Assembly: GCA_037481835.1 (NCBI GenBank)
Contig: JBBFKW010000009.1
Span: forward strand, 64,001-128,000
Direction of reading: 5' to 3'
Source of the DNA: Desulfosoma sp.
GTDB taxonomy: Bacteria; Desulfobacterota; Syntrophobacteria; Syntrophobacterales; DSM-9756
Length of the DNA: 64,000 bases
The stretch's first letter is position 1, and each line of letters begins with the position of its first letter. This document shows, in pieces, positions 60,470 to 64,000 of the stretch. The notes beneath the pieces were generated by a model, which saw only the letters and a list, made by a program, of their open reading frames with translations, had not been told where the DNA came from and ran no database searches. The translations under genes and the position numbers were made by a program.

Positions 60470-61492
60470 ATGCTTTGCCGAGAGCTCAAGGCCGTCCCTC
60501 TGGCCGCCATCGACTGGGACGATGAGGGGTTCGCCATTCCCGGTGCTGTCCCCGATGAATCCCTCTTTCAGTCCCTGGACGCCGTGGGGATCCTCCATCC
60601 GCCTCTCTTGTGGGAAAAAAAGCCGAACCGTTTCACCATCGTGGATGGGTTTAAGAGGCTTTCATGGCTTCGGTCCCGATCTCCCTACGTGGACGCCCTC
60701 GTGTTTCCGGAAGATGCGGATGCGGCACGGCTTCTAGCCATGCGCCTTGAGACCAAAATGTTTTCCGGAGGGTTGAACCGCGCGGAGAAGGCCCAGATCC
60801 TGGCGCGATACGCCGCACTCACGTCCCACGAGGACCTTCGGCGAAGAATCTGCCCGGCTTTGGGCATTTCATCGCAGACCGAAAGCCTTGCCTTGTGGCG
60901 GTCCATCGCCGCATGGCCCGCTCGGCACCTGGAGGCTCTCGCCCGGGATTTCATCGCCGAAAAGACGGCCCTGGCTCTGGCTCCCCTGCCTGAAAAAGAC
61001 CGGGAATCTTTCCTGGAGCTCCTGAGCGCCCTGCGATGCAGCTCGAGCCTCCAGCTGGAAATTCTCGAGCGGTGCGTGGACATCGCGCGACGCGACGGCA
61101 TAACGCTCCGTAGCGTGGTGGAATCCCCCGAAATGCAGGCGATCCTCCAAGACGAAAACCGCAACCGCCGCGAAAAGACGGCCGCGGTCAGAGAGCTTGT
61201 GCACCGACGCCGGTTTCCCAGACTTCATGAAAGAATGGAAGGGCTTGAGCGCGCCATGGCCAAGGTGAAAATGCCCTCGGCCTTTTCCCTCCTCCCGCCT
61301 CCTCATTGGGAAGGGGACGTATGGGAACTGCGGGTGCGCTTTCGAACGCCGTCGGAGCTGGCCGCATATCTGGCGGAAGCAACAAATCTGTGCACGGCGC
61401 CTCAATTTCAAGGCGTTTTCGATGCCTTCGAAAACGCCTCTGCTGTGTCACCACCCGCGCCGACGTCTGTCCCGCCCCATGCGGCGGCGTGA
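60470..61492 (+). CDS. ParB/Srx-like N-terminal domain protein
   Basis: SLDAVGILHPPLL...IVDGFKRL and LNRAEKA helix. Confidence 0.7.
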   Translation: MLCRELKAVPLAAIDWDDEGFAIPGAVPDESLFQSLDAVGILHPPLLWEKKPNRFTIVDGFKRLSWLRSRSPYVDALVFPEDADAARLLAMRLETKMFSGGLNRAEKAQILARYAALTSHEDLRRRICPALGISSQTESLALWRSIAAWPARHLEALARDFIAEKTALALAPLPEKDRESFLELLSALRCSSSLQLEILERCVDIARRDGITLRSVVESPEMQAILQDENRNRREKTAAVRELVHRRRFPRLHERMEGLERAMAKVKMPSAFSLLPPPHWEGDVWELRVRFRTPSELAAYLAEATNLCTAPQFQGVFDAFENASAVSPPAPTSVPPHAAA

Positions 61493-61496
61493 ATCC

Positions 61497-62621
61497 ATGA
61501 TTCCCCGCCTTAAGAACCCTATAAGAAACGTGGTGGTTGAACGGGCTGTCTCCGGGAGCCCTGTGGTGGCCGCCCTACGGGAACGACTCCCCGGCGTTTC
61601 CTTTTCTCTTGTGGACAAGGTTCCCGAAAACCCCCGGAGAATTCCGGGGCTCCTGGAAGTCGTGCATTTCAAGGGACGGTTTTGGCGATCGTGCCCGGGC
61701 ACCAAGATCTACGACTGCTGCGGATACCAGATCGTGCATATCGGCACCCAGTGCAGCCTGGAATGCACCTACTGCATTCTTCAATCCTATTTCGAAAGCC
61801 CCAACTTGAAAATCTTCGGCAATATTGATGACCTTACAGCCGAAGTCCGGCAGGTGCCGGCCTCGGCACCCCACAGGCTTTTCCGGGCCGGAACAGGAGA
61901 ATTTACGGACTCCCTGCTCCTGGATCCCTGGACGGGATTGTCCAGCCATCTCGTTCCCCTCTTCGCCCGCTTTCCCAATGCCGTCCTGGAACTGAAAACG
62001 AAAACGGATCATGTGGCTCAGCTGGAAAAACTGGATCACGGCGGTCACAGCATCGTGTCCTGGTCGCTGAATGCGGAGGACCTGATCCGATCGGAAGAAC
62101 CGAAATCCGCCCCCTTGGAAGCGCGGTTGCGCGCCGCCCGGCGCTGCGCGGACTGGGGCTATTTCCTCGGATTTCACTTCGATCCCATGATCGAATATCC
62201 CGGCTGGAGGGACGGATACCGGCGCACGCTGCATGCTCTTTTTGATGCCGTAGACCCCTCACGAGTGGTGTGGATCAGCCTAGGAGCTTTCCGGTTCATG
62301 CCCGAACTCAAAGGAATCATCGAACGGCGCCATCCCAAGAGCCGAATCGTCACGGGGGAGTTCATTCGCGGTTTAGACGGTAAGATGCGCTATTTCCGAG
62401 ATATACGCTGCGCGCTGTACACCCAGATGGTGGACGAAATCCGGGCCTGGGATCCCGCCCTGTGCGTCTACTTGTGCATGGAAGGCCCCTGGATCTGGAA
62501 GCGGGTCTTCGGGTTCGAACCTTCGGAAAAAGGAGGACTTCCGGCCATGCTGGATAAAGCCGTAAGGGAACGCATGGGAATCGGGGGATCGCCCCAAGGA
62601 GAGGAAGATGCCTTTCGATGA
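61497..62621 (+). CDS. SPL-family (spore-photoproduct-lyase-like) radical SAM protein
   Basis: CPGT...CC, CSLECTYC (CxxxCxxC), GTGEFTDSL, ELKTK, SWSLN, HFDP, YLCME. Confidence 0.82.
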   Translation: MIPRLKNPIRNVVVERAVSGSPVVAALRERLPGVSFSLVDKVPENPRRIPGLLEVVHFKGRFWRSCPGTKIYDCCGYQIVHIGTQCSLECTYCILQSYFESPNLKIFGNIDDLTAEVRQVPASAPHRLFRAGTGEFTDSLLLDPWTGLSSHLVPLFARFPNAVLELKTKTDHVAQLEKLDHGGHSIVSWSLNAEDLIRSEEPKSAPLEARLRAARRCADWGYFLGFHFDPMIEYPGWRDGYRRTLHALFDAVDPSRVVWISLGAFRFMPELKGIIERRHPKSRIVTGEFIRGLDGKMRYFRDIRCALYTQMVDEIRAWDPALCVYLCMEGPWIWKRVFGFEPSEKGGLPAMLDKAVRERMGIGGSPQGEEDAFR

Positions 62622-63654
62622 ACACGAAAGACGGACCGTGAGGGCGTGGGCCGCCCATGTGCAGGGAAAAATCCCCTTGGTTCTGGAAACCACGCGTGAC
62701 CGACGCAGCGGCGTGCTGCAGACTTTCGCTCAAGAATTGACCGCTGTGGCGCCCCAAATCGTCCTGGACCTTCTGTTCAGGGAAAACGACGACCCGCCGG
62801 CTTTTTTCCCGGGCCACGGGTGGATATGGCATGCGGCTCCCACGGGGGCGGAACTTCGACCTTTTCTCGAAATCTTGGACATCCACGGCGAACGCTCCGC
62901 GTCGTCTCGAAAGCCTGCGGATGCGCAAGAGGCGGATTCCAGGAAGACGGTCCCAAATCTGCGTGTGTCGCCCCAGTTGGCATCACTTCTTGAAACGATC
63001 CAAAGCCCCCGGGAACTCGCCGTCTTTACAACGCCCCAATGCCCCCATTGCGCCCATATGCTCCTGGAACTGGCCCCCATCCCTTTTGTGGCGCCGTATC
63101 TCGTCATCCGGGTCTTTGACGCCACCCTTTTCCCTGAAAGAGCCCACGCGGCGGGCATCCGTTCCGTGCCCACCGTGCTTTTTGGGGACGATTTTCGTTG
63201 GACGGGCCGCGTCGACATCCAGCACATTTTCGAAGTGGTGTGCCGGGGCGAACACACGGCGCTTTCCGCCGCAGCCGCCATCCGCGTGCTCAAAGAGGGC
63301 AAAGCCCACGAACTCGCCCGTCTTATGCTCGCATCCCCCACAATGTGGAACGATTTCACTGCGGTGCTCAGCCATCCCGATTGGTCCGTCCGACTCGGGG
63401 CCCTAGTCGTCCTGGAAGAACTGGCGGAAAAGGATCCAGCCAAAGCCGGCGCCTACCTTCCCGTTCTCTGGGAAAAAATGGAGGCCCTCCCCACACCCGT
63501 CCAAGGGGACGTGCTCTATGCGACAGGAATCGTCGGAGACGCCTTGTGGAAGGACAAGGTCGTCCAGTGGATGGAAACCCGCAAAGACGATCCCGACCTT
63601 CGGGAAGTTGCCGAAGAAACCCTGAAAAAACTGGAAGCGGCCGGCTGCCGGTAA
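62608..63654 (+). CDS. Thioredoxin-fold (AhpF-N/PDO-like) protein with C-terminal HEAT-like repeats
   Basis: FTTPQCPHC, IRSVP cis-Pro, then WSVRLGA-type helical repeats. Confidence 0.75.
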   Translation: MPFDEHERRTVRAWAAHVQGKIPLVLETTRDRRSGVLQTFAQELTAVAPQIVLDLLFRENDDPPAFFPGHGWIWHAAPTGAELRPFLEILDIHGERSASSRKPADAQEADSRKTVPNLRVSPQLASLLETIQSPRELAVFTTPQCPHCAHMLLELAPIPFVAPYLVIRVFDATLFPERAHAAGIRSVPTVLFGDDFRWTGRVDIQHIFEVVCRGEHTALSAAAAIRVLKEGKAHELARLMLASPTMWNDFTAVLSHPDWSVRLGALVVLEELAEKDPAKAGAYLPVLWEKMEALPTPVQGDVLYATGIVGDALWKDKVVQWMETRKDDPDLREVAEETLKKLEAAGCR

Positions 63655-63763
63655 ATGCCCAGGAATTTGTGTTGTCCTCCGGTCGAGAATCCATTATATT
63701 TGGTAAAAATCTGAGCGCGACTTTCGCAATGGTGCCTCTGAGTCAGCTTTTGGGAAACAAGCC

Positions 63764-64000
63764 ATGACGGCCGTTACGGATCTCATTCGCCGCCTTGAAG
63801 AAGCTTCTCCGGATATCCAAGATATCCGAACGGCTGTGCTTTTTATTCTCCAGCAGTGGGAAACCCTGAAACAACACGAAGACCTGGGACAAAAACTCGC
63901 AGATTTGACGGATGCCGTGCGCCAATCGAATAGGGCGCAATCGCGAACCGACGAAGTTCTCCTGCAGTTGGCCGAGGCCCAAAAACGCACTGAAGAGAGC
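63764..64000 (+). CDS. Partial coiled-coil protein of the 'LAEAQKRTEE' repeat type; runs off the window
   Basis: Manual translation MTAVTDLIRRLEE...RAQSRTDEVLLQLAEAQKRTEES, open to the window end. Confidence 0.65.
   Translation, partial: MTAVTDLIRRLEEASPDIQDIRTAVLFILQQWETLKQHEDLGQKLADLTDAVRQSNRAQSRTDEVLLQLAEAQKRTEES

Noticed and set aside
60470..61492. Chromosome partitioning ParB or plasmid/prophage origin
   Set aside because: No parA or parS, no mobile genes, and the ParB motif is degenerate (DGFKRL).

Overview
GC-rich (about 60% by eye) chromosomal window from an anaerobic bacterium. Gene content points to Desulfobacterota/deltaproteobacteria, plausibly a thermophilic Syntrophobacterales-like organism (inference). 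No rRNA, tRNA, CRISPR array, phage or transposase gene was recognised. Housekeeping genes: proS, priA-def-fmt-DUF116-rsmB-rpe, HU, ligA, tilS, purC. Accessory highlights: (1) a compact cooS-cooF-fdhF-2x[4Fe-4S] operon that looks like a natural soluble CO:formate oxidoreductase, i.e. an HDCR-like architecture with CODH in place of the hydrogenase; (2) two selenoproteins broken by in-frame UGA in the ORF track, a 76-aa [2Fe-2S]/BFD-like protein (GR-U-C) and SelD (GAG-U-ASK), each with a downstream SECIS-like hairpin; (3) a selenium-utilisation cluster (LysR, yedE, tusA-like, DUF3343, ribokinase-fold orphan, selD, yedF) interrupted by znuACB-zur; (4) an ArcE-like arginine synthetase, carbamate kinase and TIGR00300-type ornithine cyclodeaminase; (5) an IclR-BKACE-Liv ABC-AOR catabolic cluster; (6) a divergent DAC-domain gene with a TIM barrel/CDP-alcohol transferase/nucleotidyltransferase set; (7) a ParB-like + SPL-like radical SAM + thioredoxin-fold operon; (8) a diverged 274-bp tandem duplication of a gene 3' end among REP-like repeats. 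All family calls come from motif recognition by eye, not from database searches.
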